Positions 7,959 through 19,832 of a stretch of 64,000 bases of DNA are shown piece after piece (position 1 is the stretch's first letter; the number at the start of each line of letters is the position of its first letter). A program made the translations under genes and the position numbers. This stretch comes from a virus (Duplodnaviria; Caudoviricetes), in IMG/VR virus record IMGVR_UViG_3300017780_003104, positions 147,725 through 211,724 of that record; one strand, given 5' to 3'. Under the pieces are notes generated by a model that saw only the letters and a list, made by a program, of their open reading frames with translations, did not search any database and was not told where the DNA came from.

Positions 7959-8022
7959 CTAGGTAGAAAACATTCCGAAGAGATTAAACAAAAAATGAGA
8001 GAAGCTAGACAAAGAATTTCTA

Positions 8023-8334
8023 ATGATGATTAATTATAAGACATTAACAGTTCAAGAACTAAAAAAGGATTACTCTGAAAGACATGGATTTATTTTCCAA
8101 GGTCCAAATAGATCATCTGATAAAGCTATTGAACATCTTTGTAATACATTGATTCAACATAATATCACTAAGGAATATCCAGAATTTGTTGTTAGATTGG
8201 ATGATCTTAATTTAGTCTTTGTATATCAAGACGATTTCGATGCTCCTCCATTTTTCCATAAGGCTGATATTGCAACTCAAATGGGTATCTGTAAAATAGA
8301 ATCCTTATCAATCTTCTTAAAAAAACAACCCTAA
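8023..8334 (+). CDS. hypothetical protein
   Basis: ORF track. Confidence 0.6.
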   Translation: MMINYKTLTVQELKKDYSERHGFIFQGPNRSSDKAIEHLCNTLIQHNITKEYPEFVVRLDDLNLVFVYQDDFDAPPFFHKADIATQMGICKIESLSIFLKKQP

Positions 8335-8591
8335 AATAATATGTATGAACTAATTAATCCCATGACTTATGGGCAAGCGGCAGATGTCCTCAATAGATGT
8401 GATGAAGATGATATTCCAATCTATATTGTATTGACAGACTTGAATAAAAACATTACCAAATTTCCAATTGATAACTTCCAAATGTTTAAGGAAGTTACTG
8501 GACATGACATTAATGAGATGTTTCCCTTTAGCTTTTCCAAAGATGATGATGCCGTATATATCGGTAATTAAAACCGAAATACACTTTGGGT

Positions 8592-9296
8592 ATGACAAGA
8601 CAAAGACTTCTCACAGCGTATAATCCGAAGATTGCTAAGAATGAAAAGTATGGATGGAAGTCATTTGGCTTACATCTTGCACCTCACAAACTTGGTGGTA
8701 AGAACATCTGTTGTAATGCTAGTGCTGGTTGTATCAAGGCTTGCTTGAATACAGCGGGACAAGGTGTATATAATAGGGTTCAACAATCTCGCATTAAGAA
8801 GACTGAGTTCTTCCATTCAAACCGTGAAGAGTTCCTCCGCAATCTTTATAGGGAAATCAATGCCAAAGTAAATACTGCGGCTAAGACTAATGAGAAAGTT
8901 AGCTTTCGTCTTAACCTTACTTCCGATGTTGCATGGGAAACTGTTAAGCTTGATGGTAAGAACTTCATGGAACATTTCCCAACAGTTCAATGGTATGATT
9001 ACACTCCTAATCTAAAGAGAGTTCTTAACTTTCTTACTGGTAAGTTTCCAAAGAACTATCACCTCACGTTCTCTCGTAAAGAAGATAACCAATCTGATGT
9101 AGAGATCGCTATGGGTTGCGGTGCAAACGTGGCAGTAGTCTTTGATGAGAAACTTCCTAAGACTTGGATGGGTAAGAAAGTCATTGATGCTACTAAGCAT
9201 GACCTTCGCTTTCTTGATAAGAAAAATACCATTGCTGGTCTTATCGCTCTTGGTAAAGCCCGTAGAGATACCAGTGGATTCGTAGTGAAAGCATAA
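8592..9296 (+). CDS. GP88-like protein
   Basis: LAPH..C..AS.GC..ACL, RLNLTSD, WYDYT, NYHLTFS, HDLRFLD; ATG at 8592 is 6 nt after promoter. Confidence 0.8.
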   Translation: MTRQRLLTAYNPKIAKNEKYGWKSFGLHLAPHKLGGKNICCNASAGCIKACLNTAGQGVYNRVQQSRIKKTEFFHSNREEFLRNLYREINAKVNTAAKTNEKVSFRLNLTSDVAWETVKLDGKNFMEHFPTVQWYDYTPNLKRVLNFLTGKFPKNYHLTFSRKEDNQSDVEIAMGCGANVAVVFDEKLPKTWMGKKVIDATKHDLRFLDKKNTIAGLIALGKARRDTSGFVVKA

Positions 9297-9752
9297 TATG
9301 ATAACTAGTATATTTGAAACAATACATCCTTGGCTAATGACAGATCATTGTCTTAGGGAAATGGATGGAGAAGAACACCAATGTTGTAATGATCACACTG
9401 GTTGTATATGGAATGATGGTCATAACACTTGTATGTTTGATATCCCGTCTATTAAACGATATGACTCTCCCCTTCTAAAGATTAAAACCAAAATACAATA
9501 GCAACATGATTAAGAAAGAAAAGAGTGGCATTAAAAAGCTGATCCACAACACCAAATGTCTTTTGATTAAAGACTATGAGGCAAAGTTGGAATCCTCTCG
9601 GCTTACTAGGAAGATGATCTTAGAATCTACTCGCGGATCTATTAACCATTTCTATAACATGGATGGTGTTCAGATTCGTGGATACTATAAGCGTTCTACT
9701 CGTTTTAATAATGTTCTTCCTACCCATCCTCTACTTGTAAGATACAAATAAT

Positions 9753-9995
9753 ATGAAACGTGGTCTTACTCTACTGGAAGTTGTAATTGGATGTGTAATC
9801 ACATTAATTATTGCAACTCTCATGTTTTCTATAGTATCTAATATATTATCTAGCGAGCATCCTGACACTGATTTTGATTATACCTATATCAATCCACAAC
9901 TCGAAACCGCAAAGCAACAAAGGAAAATGGTGGAAGAACTCAAACGTCAAAATGATTTGATGGAAGAACGTATGCACCGATTGGAACAGAAGTAA
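9753..9995 (+). CDS. type IV prepilin-like N-terminal cleavage/methylation protein
   Basis: MKRG|LTLLEVVIG plus hydrophobic helix (class III signal peptide). Confidence 0.75.
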   Translation: MKRGLTLLEVVIGCVITLIIATLMFSIVSNILSSEHPDTDFDYTYINPQLETAKQQRKMVEELKRQNDLMEERMHRLEQK

Positions 9996-10203
9996 TATGA
10001 AATACACTAAAGAACAAATCTCTAGCTATGTCTTGGGTTGGCTTAGTGCTGGTAATGAGACTCATGATTTCAATGATGTCTTTGCTGCTATCAAGAATGC
10101 GGCTTTAATGGTAGATGATGCCCAAGATGGTATTGAGTCTTATGTTGAGAGGTTCCAATTGTATAATCAAAGGGACTAATTAAAACCGAAATATAATAAA
10201 GCC

Positions 10204-10602
10204 ATGTTGGAATCCAAAGATAAAAGATTAACTCGAAATATTAACCTTGCCAATAAAGAAGTTGAACTGTTTGTTGGATACTGTGACATACTTCTTAAGA
10301 AGAAGTTGAACCATACATCTTTGGGTGTTACAGATGCTGATGGTAACAAATTTTGGGATGTAAACTTCGATGGTGTTGGAATTATAGCCAATGAAGACTT
10401 TAATGAGTTTGAAGTTGGGCATGAAGTTTATTATCCCGGTAATTACTATGAACCAGAGTCTTCAGACTATGCGGAAGATGGTAAGTATTCGACATTAAGA
10501 GAAGCACTATGGGCAGTTCTTACTATCTGGTTGAAGTATGATTATAATAACTTTTTAGAATCACAATGGGCGGAAGAATGTGCAGGAGAATTAGAAGAAT
10601 AA
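10204..10602 (+). CDS. hypothetical protein
   Basis: ATG 6 nt after promoter. Confidence 0.7.
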   Translation: MLESKDKRLTRNINLANKEVELFVGYCDILLKKKLNHTSLGVTDADGNKFWDVNFDGVGIIANEDFNEFEVGHEVYYPGNYYEPESSDYAEDGKYSTLREALWAVLTIWLKYDYNNFLESQWAEECAGELEE

Positions 10603-10609
10603 TAATTAT

Positions 10610-10975
10610 ATGGGATACTATACACTAATAACAATTGTCGTTTGTCATTTCGTTTTTGACTTTTTCTTGCAAACATCAGAGATGGCTAAAAATAAAAGCT
10701 CATCTAATGAGGCTTTATCTAGTCATGTTATGGTTTATTCCGCTGGACTTTCCTTAATGGTAATGTTAAATTTTCCATTGATTCATGAATGGGGATTCTT
10801 ATTCATTATCATTAATGCTATTGCACACTTTGTCACTGATTGGGTAACAAGTAGGGCATCATCCGCTCTATATAAAGAAGAACGTTATCATGAATTCTTT
10901 ACAGTAATTGGAGTGGATCAAATGGTTCACTATATCACACTATTCGGAACTTTCATCTGGTTAACAAACATATGA
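10610..10975 (+). CDS. DUF3307-family membrane protein
   Basis: HFVFDFFLQ..MAKNK, HV..Y, HFVTD, DQMVH. Confidence 0.8.
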   Translation: MGYYTLITIVVCHFVFDFFLQTSEMAKNKSSSNEALSSHVMVYSAGLSLMVMLNFPLIHEWGFLFIIINAIAHFVTDWVTSRASSALYKEERYHEFFTVIGVDQMVHYITLFGTFIWLTNI

Positions 10976-11173
10976 TATTTAATATCACCAAAACTGTTAA
11001 ATGTAGGATTTGTGGAAAGAAGGGTAAGACCACTTCTAAGGCATCAGTGGTAAGATCTCAGCTAAATAATAACATTATTACAATGTGGCAACATGATGGT
11101 AGTAAAGCTGGATGGGAATGTAATGATGGGTTTGGTTGTAAGAAGTTAATTAAAACCAAACTATAATCTGGGT

Positions 11174-11497
11174 ATGGCTGCTACTTATACAATCATTACA
11201 GAATTTGAAATGGATACTTTATTCAAGTCTGAGAAGAATTGGAATAAAGTAATTGAAGGTGGTGAATATGTTTACACCTTTGTTCCTAAGAAGAATCCAG
11301 ATACACTTGTTAAAGTGTTTTCATCTGTAACTCCTAATGGAGTATCAAGGAAATGTGGTGGTGATGCAATTAGGATTTGTGCTATCAATACAAAGACTAA
11401 TAAAGGTATCCTTAAAACTGGTCGTGTTAATAGAACTGCTGGTTGGGATGACCGTGTAAAGAATAAGGTGTTGGAAACAATTAACAAGATTTGGTAA
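11174..11497 (+). CDS. hypothetical protein
   Basis: ATG 6 nt after promoter. Confidence 0.7.
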   Translation: MAATYTIITEFEMDTLFKSEKNWNKVIEGGEYVYTFVPKKNPDTLVKVFSSVTPNGVSRKCGGDAIRICAINTKTNKGILKTGRVNRTAGWDDRVKNKVLETINKIW

Positions 11498-11799
11498 TAT
11501 GAAAAAGAGATACATTCGGTTCTGGCATGGGTTTAGCCCTAATGATAAATTAGTTCAAAAGATTGCCACCTTTTGCCATCTGGAATTACATGACGGTAAG
11601 GAGTTTTATGCATATGATGGATCATTAGATGATTTCGAAAAGCTATATAATAGTAAGTTCATCGTCTTTGATGATTACATTGCAGTAACTCAACGCAATA
11701 CATTTGGACAACGTTAAAGTCCTAATTAAAATCGAAATATAATTACGAAATGATTACTCCATATCTAGTAATGTAACATTTCTATTATAAATAACTTTT

Positions 11800-11824
11800 G
11801 GGTCTTTCGTTCAACGGATAGGAC
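11800..11824 (+). pseudogene. orphan 5' fragment of a tRNA (acceptor 5' strand + D-arm)
   Basis: gggtctttcgttcaacggataggac then abruptly AT-rich. Confidence 0.5.
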
Positions 11825-11838
11825 TTTATTATATTAAT

Positions 11839-11913
11839 GGCATCGTAGCTCAATGGAAGAGCAACACCCTTCTAAGGTGTGGGTTGAAAGTTCGAGTCTT
11901 TCCGGTGTCACCA
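11839..11913 (+). tRNA. tRNA-Arg(TCT)
   Basis: acacc-CTTCTAA-ggtgt; CCA encoded. Confidence 0.92.
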
Positions 11914-12525
11914 TCTATATGAAACTGGAAACACTTATACTTCAAACATTAGCTAAAGTTCGTGACCATGAGCTTAATGTAATGGAAGCATTTGATATTC
12001 TTAGTAAAAGACTCAGTGATGAGTTTGATGAAATACATGATAAGTGGTTAGAAGAAATAGAAAACTTTGATTAATATTATGGCATTAGGTAAACCAGAAC
12101 AAATAGAACATGCTTGGGATAGAACTAAGCGTGGTGGTGAAAAACGTAAATCTGCTTATCGTAAAGCTAATAAGAAAAATAATATTCGTGGAGAAAGACG
12201 TAGAGCTAATGCTGATCTAGAATATCATCCTGAGTATCGAAAATATGAAGGATGGGAGTATTAATTAAAACCGAAATATAATAGTCGTATGAACTGGAAA
12301 CCAATTAAAGATGTTCCAACTGAAGGTTATCTAAAAGAATTACTGTTGTATACACCTAAAAGTGACAAGTATAGAGTTGGATACGCATTTCCAATTGATG
12401 AAGAGTGTAATCGTTCGCGCATTATGTTTATCGTAGGGTTAGACTTTCTTCAAACATATGATGAACCTACACATTTTGCCAATCTTACAGAGCCTGTATA
12501 ATTAAAACCGAACTACAATCCGGGT

Positions 12526-12924
12526 ATGATGCATGCAAGTTATTTAGAGGCGATTTTTAATCGTAAAGCACAAGATGAAGCTATTCGTAATATGAAGGCT
12601 CTTATCAAGGATATTGAATATGATGGATTTGTAGTAACCGGAGTTTCTGGTATTACTATGGGTGCTATCATGGCAAGATCATGTCGAAAGAAATTGATTA
12701 TTATTCGTAAAAGTAATAATACCCATTCTGGGCATTCTGTTGAAAATTTTGATTCCGGTTCATATATCTTTCTCGATGATTTGATTGCATCGGGACTTAC
12801 GTTTAAAAGAGTGAAAAGAGAACTAAGGGACGCACAGCAACGATTTAGTTGGATTGGTAAAAAGGCACCCAAAATCATTGGCAAGTTGCTATATTGTGAT
12901 GATGCAACCTATAAAAAACTTTGA
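12526..12924 (+). CDS. phosphoribosyltransferase-fold protein
   Basis: TGVSGITMG, IIRK, YIFLDDLIASGLT (PRPP-binding loop). Confidence 0.85.
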   Translation: MMHASYLEAIFNRKAQDEAIRNMKALIKDIEYDGFVVTGVSGITMGAIMARSCRKKLIIIRKSNNTHSGHSVENFDSGSYIFLDDLIASGLTFKRVKRELRDAQQRFSWIGKKAPKIIGKLLYCDDATYKKL

Positions 12925-13424
12925 TTAAAACCGAAATATAATTTGGGTATGAAACGACTTGTAAATGGAACTTATTTTTCCCCTATTGTCACAATAGATG
13001 GGAAGAAAATCATTAATGTATCAAGATATGGGAATCCTTTTGGTTGTATGTGGACTTGGAAAAATACCAAGACTGAACAACATCCTTGGCACGTAAAAAC
13101 TTTAAATGGAAAACACGCTTGCTTTTGGCCGAATGAAGGTTATAAGTTTGCCGCAATGGATTGGATTGAACATCAATAATTATATGTGGAAAAGTGAACG
13201 AAAATCTGTAATATGTTTGAAGAAATACAAGATAGTATTGATCGTGATATACTACTAAACGAAATTTATGTTTTTGTAGCAATGAAACATCGAGCATGTG
13301 ATCCATGGAGAGAAGCCTTAGATGAATGGCAATCCAAGGTTGAACGTTTAACTGGATGGGATACTTACACAGAAATCGAAAACCATAAGAAATCTATAAA
13401 TTAAAACCGAACTATAATAACGAC

Positions 13425-13943
13425 ATGACAACGACTAATAAACAATTGGATGCAGCATCTGTCCGTGATAAGATTCTTAATGCTAAGGGTAGCTTTGTTA
13501 AGGCTGCTTGGAAGTCTAACCCTAAACCTAAAGCAGAATTTAAAAACATTCTTCTTGAAAAGAATACCGTTGCGGTTGTTCAAGCGGGTGTAAACTTTGC
13601 CAATCTTTCATCTGTTAAAGATGCTATTGCTGCTGGTGAACGTGGTGAAGTTCAAGAACTTCCTTGGGGTAAGTGGTATGAAGACAAGCTCACTGGTAAG
13701 AGTTGGTTCCCTCATGTTATTGAACATAAGGATGAACTTTACCTTCGCCTTTATCCTAGTCAGGGTAATAACCATAAGACCACTAGTGTATTCTATGCTG
13801 ATGGTAAAGAAGTCACTAAGGATGAGTTTGCTGCATATCTTACGAATAGTGATGCTAAGAAGCTACTGGAACCTGAAAAGGATTTGCTCTGCTTTACTAT
13901 CAAGTTGAATAATCTTCTTGATCTTCCGCAAGACGTTGACTAA
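13425..13943 (+). CDS. conserved phage hypothetical protein
   Basis: 172 aa; ATG 6 nt after promoter. Confidence 0.7.
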   Translation: MTTTNKQLDAASVRDKILNAKGSFVKAAWKSNPKPKAEFKNILLEKNTVAVVQAGVNFANLSSVKDAIAAGERGEVQELPWGKWYEDKLTGKSWFPHVIEHKDELYLRLYPSQGNNHKTTSVFYADGKEVTKDEFAAYLTNSDAKKLLEPEKDLLCFTIKLNNLLDLPQDVD

Positions 13944-14214
13944 TCAATTTATAATTAAATGGACTTTTTAAAATGTATTGGTGGAATATTGGGTGGTGGA
14001 ATCATGCTTACCACCATGATTATCATAGGAAAGCAAATGGTTGATCCAAAAAGTGATCCTATTTATAAACTAGGTGTTCTCGACACCAAACGAGAAGCAT
14101 TCAATCATGGATTCATGACAAAAGAAGTTAATGAAAAAGATGAAGTGATCTATCGTTGGTTAGAGGCTCATAAATACAACGAACAATAAATTAAAACCAA
14201 ACTATACTACTGAT

Positions 14215-14616
14215 ATGAGGATTAAAACAACTACAAAATCTGACCGAATTGAACTTTTAACCATCCTACTTAAGATGGGTTATAAATGGCATGGTGATGA
14301 TAATTTTAAAACATCTGGTGATATTGAATCCCGATATCCTAGTAGCAATTGGCCTTGTGTTGATATTGGTGGAGATGATAATGAAGCTGATTACATGAGT
14401 GGTTGTCCTAATACCAGATCCACTTGTGAGTATCCTCAAGATGTCCTTAGTATTCTTAAACTATTGGCTACTGGTGATATTGTCATCGAAGTTCCAAATA
14501 TTGGAGACTACACAGCTAAGGTTCATAAAGATAAAATCGTGGTTGGTTGTCAGACTGTTTCATTTAAAGCATTTGAAGAACTGGTGAAAGCTTTCAATAA
14601 GCAAAATGGAAATTAA
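14215..14616 (+). CDS. hypothetical protein with C-terminal VGCQ module
   Basis: YTAKVHKDKIVVGCQ resembles the C-terminus of ORF 26996-27562. Confidence 0.7.
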   Translation: MRIKTTTKSDRIELLTILLKMGYKWHGDDNFKTSGDIESRYPSSNWPCVDIGGDDNEADYMSGCPNTRSTCEYPQDVLSILKLLATGDIVIEVPNIGDYTAKVHKDKIVVGCQTVSFKAFEELVKAFNKQNGN

Positions 14617-14897
14617 TTAAAACCGAAATACAATAACGATATGAAAACAATTACTGTAAGTCAAGAGTTCTTCGATGCTGCTATGTCATTAGCTTCTTAT
14701 ATTCACGAAACCGAGTATGATAATTATACAGAGTTTTTGGAGGATGGTAATAATTCCGAAGATCATGTTTACTATCAAGCATCTATCATTAATAGTGATG
14801 GTGATGATAGTGAAACTATTCTAGAACTGATTGAAGTAGACTTCAACAAAACACTAGATCGAACCATTAATTAAAACCGAAATATACTGAAACTGTT

Positions 14898-15164
14898 ATG
14901 AAAACTGAAAATAAGCAAAAACAAATCGTGGTCAATGTCTCTGAGGAATCAAAGACTAAGATCAATTCACTTAAGGAAAAGTTCAAGGCTTCTGATAAGG
15001 AGTTCATTGAAGCGGTCCTCATTCTATTGGAAACTGTCTCTGATGAAAAATTTCAAGAAGCAGTAGAAAAGATCACAGTTACTAAGCAAATTGCTAAGGT
15101 GAAAGCTCGTATTGCTAAACTTGAAGCGAAAATCGCTGAAGAAACTGAAAGTCTCGCTGAATAA
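14898..15164 (+). CDS. coiled-coil hypothetical protein
   Basis: promoter motif 9 nt upstream. Confidence 0.65.
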   Translation: MKTENKQKQIVVNVSEESKTKINSLKEKFKASDKEFIEAVLILLETVSDEKFQEAVEKITVTKQIAKVKARIAKLEAKIAEETESLAE

Positions 15165-15207
15165 TAGCAACATTTAACCCATAGTTATCAATATAGTTTT
15201 TCATTTT

Positions 15208-15975
15208 TCATTTTCTATATTGATAATTATGGGTGATTGCTTGGCTTGAGCCTTTCATTATATTGTCAATCGCCCATAAAGGTTGGAGATTGGTATAATG
15301 GAAACATTTCATCTGATTCTCCTCTATTGTTAAATCAAATGCCGCACAAGGAATTATATGATCAATATGCCACTCGCCGTAATTGTTCCATGTCATTCCT
15401 TCTGTGAATGATTTTTCAAGCCAACCCATCAAGAATTCAATTGAACAACCCACTAATACTAGAGTAGAATTTGATTTATATAAGACTGCTGCTCTAAGTC
15501 TGCTTCTTAGATTGTTCGCCAATCTTCTATGTGTGCGTTGGGTAGATTTACTGGTAGTATACATGTCAATATCCTTGTAGTGACGGGAACACAATGAATG
15601 GTTGGTTAGAATATCTTTATTTTCTGATAAACAATATAAAAGTCCGTCAATTGATATTGTCTTCCTCTTCATACCACAATATCTCATTTTATTAAACTCT
15701 ACAATAATTCTTGGGTTAGACACTACTCCTATCTGTAAAAGAAATCCATTAACAGAAACACACTCATATTCAACATTTGTATCCAAACAATAAACGTGGA
15801 ATATTTTATCTTTATGTTCCAGCTTAATAAATCTATTAAGGGAATGGATAGTTCTTCTTCTAAATTCGTTAAACGTTTTAACATTGTTGTGATTGTGTAA
15901 TCCATAAGATTTTAAGAATGCTGGAGTCTTATTGACTTCAACCAACTGTTTAGTAAATGTATCATATATAACCAT
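15208..15975 (-). mobile_element. HNH-type homing endonuclease
   Basis: WNNYGEWHIDHIIPC..CFHYTNLQPLWA.DN..KG; inserted antisense to flanking genes. Confidence 0.8.
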
Positions 15976-16256
15976 ATAAATATTTAGTCAAAACGACGAC
16001 AACAAAAAAACAAACAAATAACAAATAAAAAAACAATGAATCGTAACACAAAACGCGCTCGAAAAGGTTCACCTAAAGATGGTATTGCTCCAGTGAGTAA
16101 TCAAATTGAAATTACTATTGGCACTGGTGCTGGTAGGCAATTTGGTGCTCGTAATTATGAGAGTATTTTCACTGGAAGTGTGTGCAATACATCTCGCCCA
16201 GCAGGAAAACGTAAGTGGGTTGGTGCGGCTAAGGCTAGCGGCGGAAGTAATAATCA

Positions 16257-16598
16257 ATGAGATATTTCAGATATATAACTGATCTACCATTTTGGGTAGG
16301 ACTGCCAATATTTTTAACTGGTAGCTTGCTCGTATCATTTGGTTTATTCCTTTATATATTCGGAGTAATTATGTGTCTGTTTGGTTGCTGGACATTCTCT
16401 AAGAATCTTAAAGAAGATCCTTATGCCAGTAGTGGTCAAGCCATTGTATGCTTACCGCTGATGGCGATTGTCTTGTGGGTTTCCACTAACCAATTCATGG
16501 ATACATATATTATTGTAACTTTTGGCACACTATATGTTATGCGAACTGCTATCGCATTATATTTAGGATTTTGGGGATTCCAAGGATTTAGAAAATGA
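16257..16598 (+). CDS. membrane protein
   Basis: 3-4 hydrophobic helices. Confidence 0.6.
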   Translation: MRYFRYITDLPFWVGLPIFLTGSLLVSFGLFLYIFGVIMCLFGCWTFSKNLKEDPYASSGQAIVCLPLMAIVLWVSTNQFMDTYIIVTFGTLYVMRTAIALYLGFWGFQGFRK

Positions 16599-16992
16599 GT
16601 AATTATAGACTACCAAAAATTCCAGTTCGACCAAAGAAAACCGAAAGGGAATATGCAATTGAACTAGCTACAAGTCTCCACTCTAAACAATGTAGGTGGA
16701 ACCATACTGATGGTTGTAGTTGGCATTATAGCAATTGGGATAATCCTTGTGGACCTAGAAAGTCATATCTCGAAAAGGCATACAAACTTCTATCTAAGAA
16801 TGATATTCATACTATCAATTCCGTATTATCAAATATATGAAAAGTAAATCAGCTGTTGTTATTTGGAATGCTATAGTATCTTTAGTTCCTATAGTATTAC
16901 CATTGATTGTTCAACATAAAGACTTAATTATCAAAACTGCTAAGAAGGTAAAAGTTGGATGATATTAATTAAAACCAAACTACAATAATACC

Positions 16993-17280
16993 ATGAGAAA
17001 GATTAGTGAAGAAGCTGCCGATGCTCTTATCTTTGGATATAAGTATAAGAAGTCTAATACCGAAGTAGTGGTGATTGGCAATTCTACCTATCTCAAACTT
17101 CATGGCAATACAATTGCTCGTAAGATTGGTGGTGAGCTTACTATTACGATGGCGGGATGGTTTACTAACTTAACAAAGGAAAGGCTTAATGCTCTTCCTG
17201 TGGGAGTGCGAATCAATTCCTCAAATGGTCAATATTATCTTAATGGAACTCCTTGGGATGGTGAATGGATTAAAATTTAA
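16993..17280 (+). CDS. conserved phage hypothetical protein
   Basis: LHGNTIA..AGWFTNLTKERLNAL; ATG 6 nt after promoter. Confidence 0.7.
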   Translation: MRKISEEAADALIFGYKYKKSNTEVVVIGNSTYLKLHGNTIARKIGGELTITMAGWFTNLTKERLNALPVGVRINSSNGQYYLNGTPWDGEWIKI

Positions 17281-18192
17281 TTACAATCAACCAGTTAGGA
17301 GATGTAGGTAATGAAGACATATAAGATTGAATCTTTTAGCGTTGGTGGATCGTCAGGATCTTATTGGGAAACATATTATTCCACTGGTAAGAATATAAAA
17401 GAAGCAAAAGCTAATCTTGTTAAAAAGGTTGGATGCACTAAAGACTATTTTGATGATCGAGAATATAACAAAATCACAATGATTAAAACCGAAGTATAAT
17501 TTGATTATGAAAGAGAAGATCGAAGAAATTATCCTAGCATATCAGAATGATATTACAGAATATATGCAATCTTGTATTAGTTTAAATAATTATCAATTTG
17601 ATATTGATTATAAATTGAATGAAATGAAACTAGAAATCCTTGAATTGTTAGAGGATGAAGATTGTTTGAATTATATCGATTATCTAAACTAATATGAATA
17701 TGTCACCAATGATGCATAATAACCTTCGATTCTATACACTTAGAATGAATGAATCGACTGAAATGGCCGAACAAATGGCTCTTGACTTTGAGGATAAACT
17801 TGATAAACTTGATAAGTATGATCAAATGGAAGTTGCAAGAGTCATTGATATGAATGGATGGGAAAGCGCATTTGAATTAGTTGATAGTTTGAGTAATTAA
17901 TAATATGAAAATTAAGAAAAAAACATTTAAAGAGCTTGAAGCAGGTGATTGGTTTGTTGTTGACTATATCGACTCTAAACTTATAGTTTTTTCTATAGAT
18001 TATGAAGATGGAATCATGATGGTTACTTCTCCTTGGTATCTAGCGAATGATTATATACGTTGGGAACTCAAGGGTGATGATACTTTTAATGTTATCGGAA
18101 CAAGTAAAAGGAACATTTGGTATAAACTATTTTTTAATTGTTCTTTAATTTGTCCTTGGAAAAGGGTTGATTTGGTATAAGTATAATACAAT

Positions 18193-18275
18193 GGGAGTGT
18201 GGAGAAATTGGTAAACTCAAGGGATTTAAAATCCCTCGCGCAAGCTTGTGGGTTCGAGTCCCACCACTCCTACCA
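18193..18275 (+). tRNA. tRNA-Leu(TAA)
   Basis: aggga-TTTAAAA-tccct, long variable arm, CCA. Confidence 0.92.
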
Positions 18276-18291
18276 TTAATTAAAATATAAT

Positions 18292-18699
18292 ATGAATACA
18301 GATAAACTACAAGAACAATTACTTGAATATATCAAAATCTCAGTGGAGAAAATTGGAGACTTTACAGCCAATGAAATTCCCCCATTTGTTAATGAATATA
18401 TTACTTGGAAGTTCTATGAAAATCTACTACCGATTGGAATGTACGCTTTAGTTATGTTGATTATATCGGTAGTAGTTTACAAACTTATTATACCACTTTA
18501 TAGGTGGGCAAATACTACATCCAAATTAAAAGATGATGGTGTTTATTTTGTGACTCCAGCACTTGCCACTTTTGTATTATTGATAATTACATTATTTGCA
18601 TTTCCATATAATAGTATTAAAAATTGTATCCAAATTAAAGTTGCACCTAAAGTATTTTTAATTGAACAGGCATCTAAACTTATAACTAATAAGGATTGA
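18292..18699 (+). CDS. membrane protein
   Basis: two TM segments. Confidence 0.6.
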   Translation: MNTDKLQEQLLEYIKISVEKIGDFTANEIPPFVNEYITWKFYENLLPIGMYALVMLIISVVVYKLIIPLYRWANTTSKLKDDGVYFVTPALATFVLLIITLFAFPYNSIKNCIQIKVAPKVFLIEQASKLITNKD

Positions 18700-18915
18700 T
18701 TAAAACCGAACTACAATCTGGGTATGCCACCGAATTATAAAGCGAAGTTGTTAAAGATTATCTTTAATGCTGAAAGTGTTGCACACCTACAAGGGTATGA
18801 ACGTGAGATTCTACCAGCAACTGATTTAATCAAAGAAATGATTGACATTCTAGCTAAACATGATTTGCTTAATGAAATCGAGTTTAAAGAATTTGTAGAG
18901 TTTATTTAATATAAC

Positions 18916-19009
18916 ATGAGTGTGACCCGAATTGGTTAAGGGCGCGGTTTCATAAACCGTTATGAGGTTGATAGCCTCTTTGAGAGTTCGAGTCTCTCCA
19001 CTCATACCA
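18916..19009 (+). tRNA. tRNA with CAT anticodon (probably Ile2) and long variable arm
   Basis: gcggt-TTCATAA-accgt; ~20-nt variable arm; A73+CCA; 94 nt. Confidence 0.85.
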
Positions 19010-19559
19010 TTATATTATTTGGATTATGTAATTCAAAGTGACAATTACTACATAACAACTCACACTTTTTCCACTCGTCTAAAATAGACTCCCAATTAGT
19101 ATTAGATAGTAGTCTAGAATCTAGAGTGAATACTTTATTCTTAGGATCTTTATGATGAAACTGTAAAGCTGAGTAATTCTTACAGTATCCACAACTATTA
19201 CATGAACCACCACTCATTTCTATCAATTTGAGTTTTCTTTCTTTGGATAGTTTTCTCTGCCTTTCATTAGTATTAGCATTCAAAACATCTTTATTTTCCG
19301 CATAATATAATGCGGTTTTACATTTATTATCACAATATCTAGTATTGTATCCTAGTAGTTCTTTTGAACAATGTCTACAATATAAACCAGTTGGTTGATT
19401 CATAACACCATTTGGATTCCTTTTAGGGTTATGTTTTGTATTCATCCCAAACTTTCTAAGCCAGTGTCTTACATTAGTCTGACTACAATTCAATTCCTTT
19501 GATATCTGGTGAGTCGATAATTCAAGTTCTACTAATCTTTCTAATTCATTCTTATCCAT
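19002..19559 (-). mobile_element. HNH homing endonuclease
   Basis: CNSCGY..LQFHHKDP..KCELLCSNCHFELH; N-terminal HTH; stop overlaps tRNA 3' end. Confidence 0.85.
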
Positions 19560-19832
19560 ATAATATATTTAGCTCATTGGGTGAATAATTCAATAGTAAA
19601 CTTTGAAATAATTAAAACCGAACTATACTTTCAATATGGCAGATGATGAACATAAAGATCCTGAGTATAATCCATACCTGTATTGTATATGGGTTGTAGA
19701 TAAAAACGTTAGAAGTCTTTGGGCGTTGTTTCATCATGGATTGAATGCAGAAGCTAAATGTAGGCAATTAAATGAAGACTTTGGCCCTAGAATCTCATTT
19801 AGTGTGAGTGGTCTTGAAGCAGGAGATAAACC

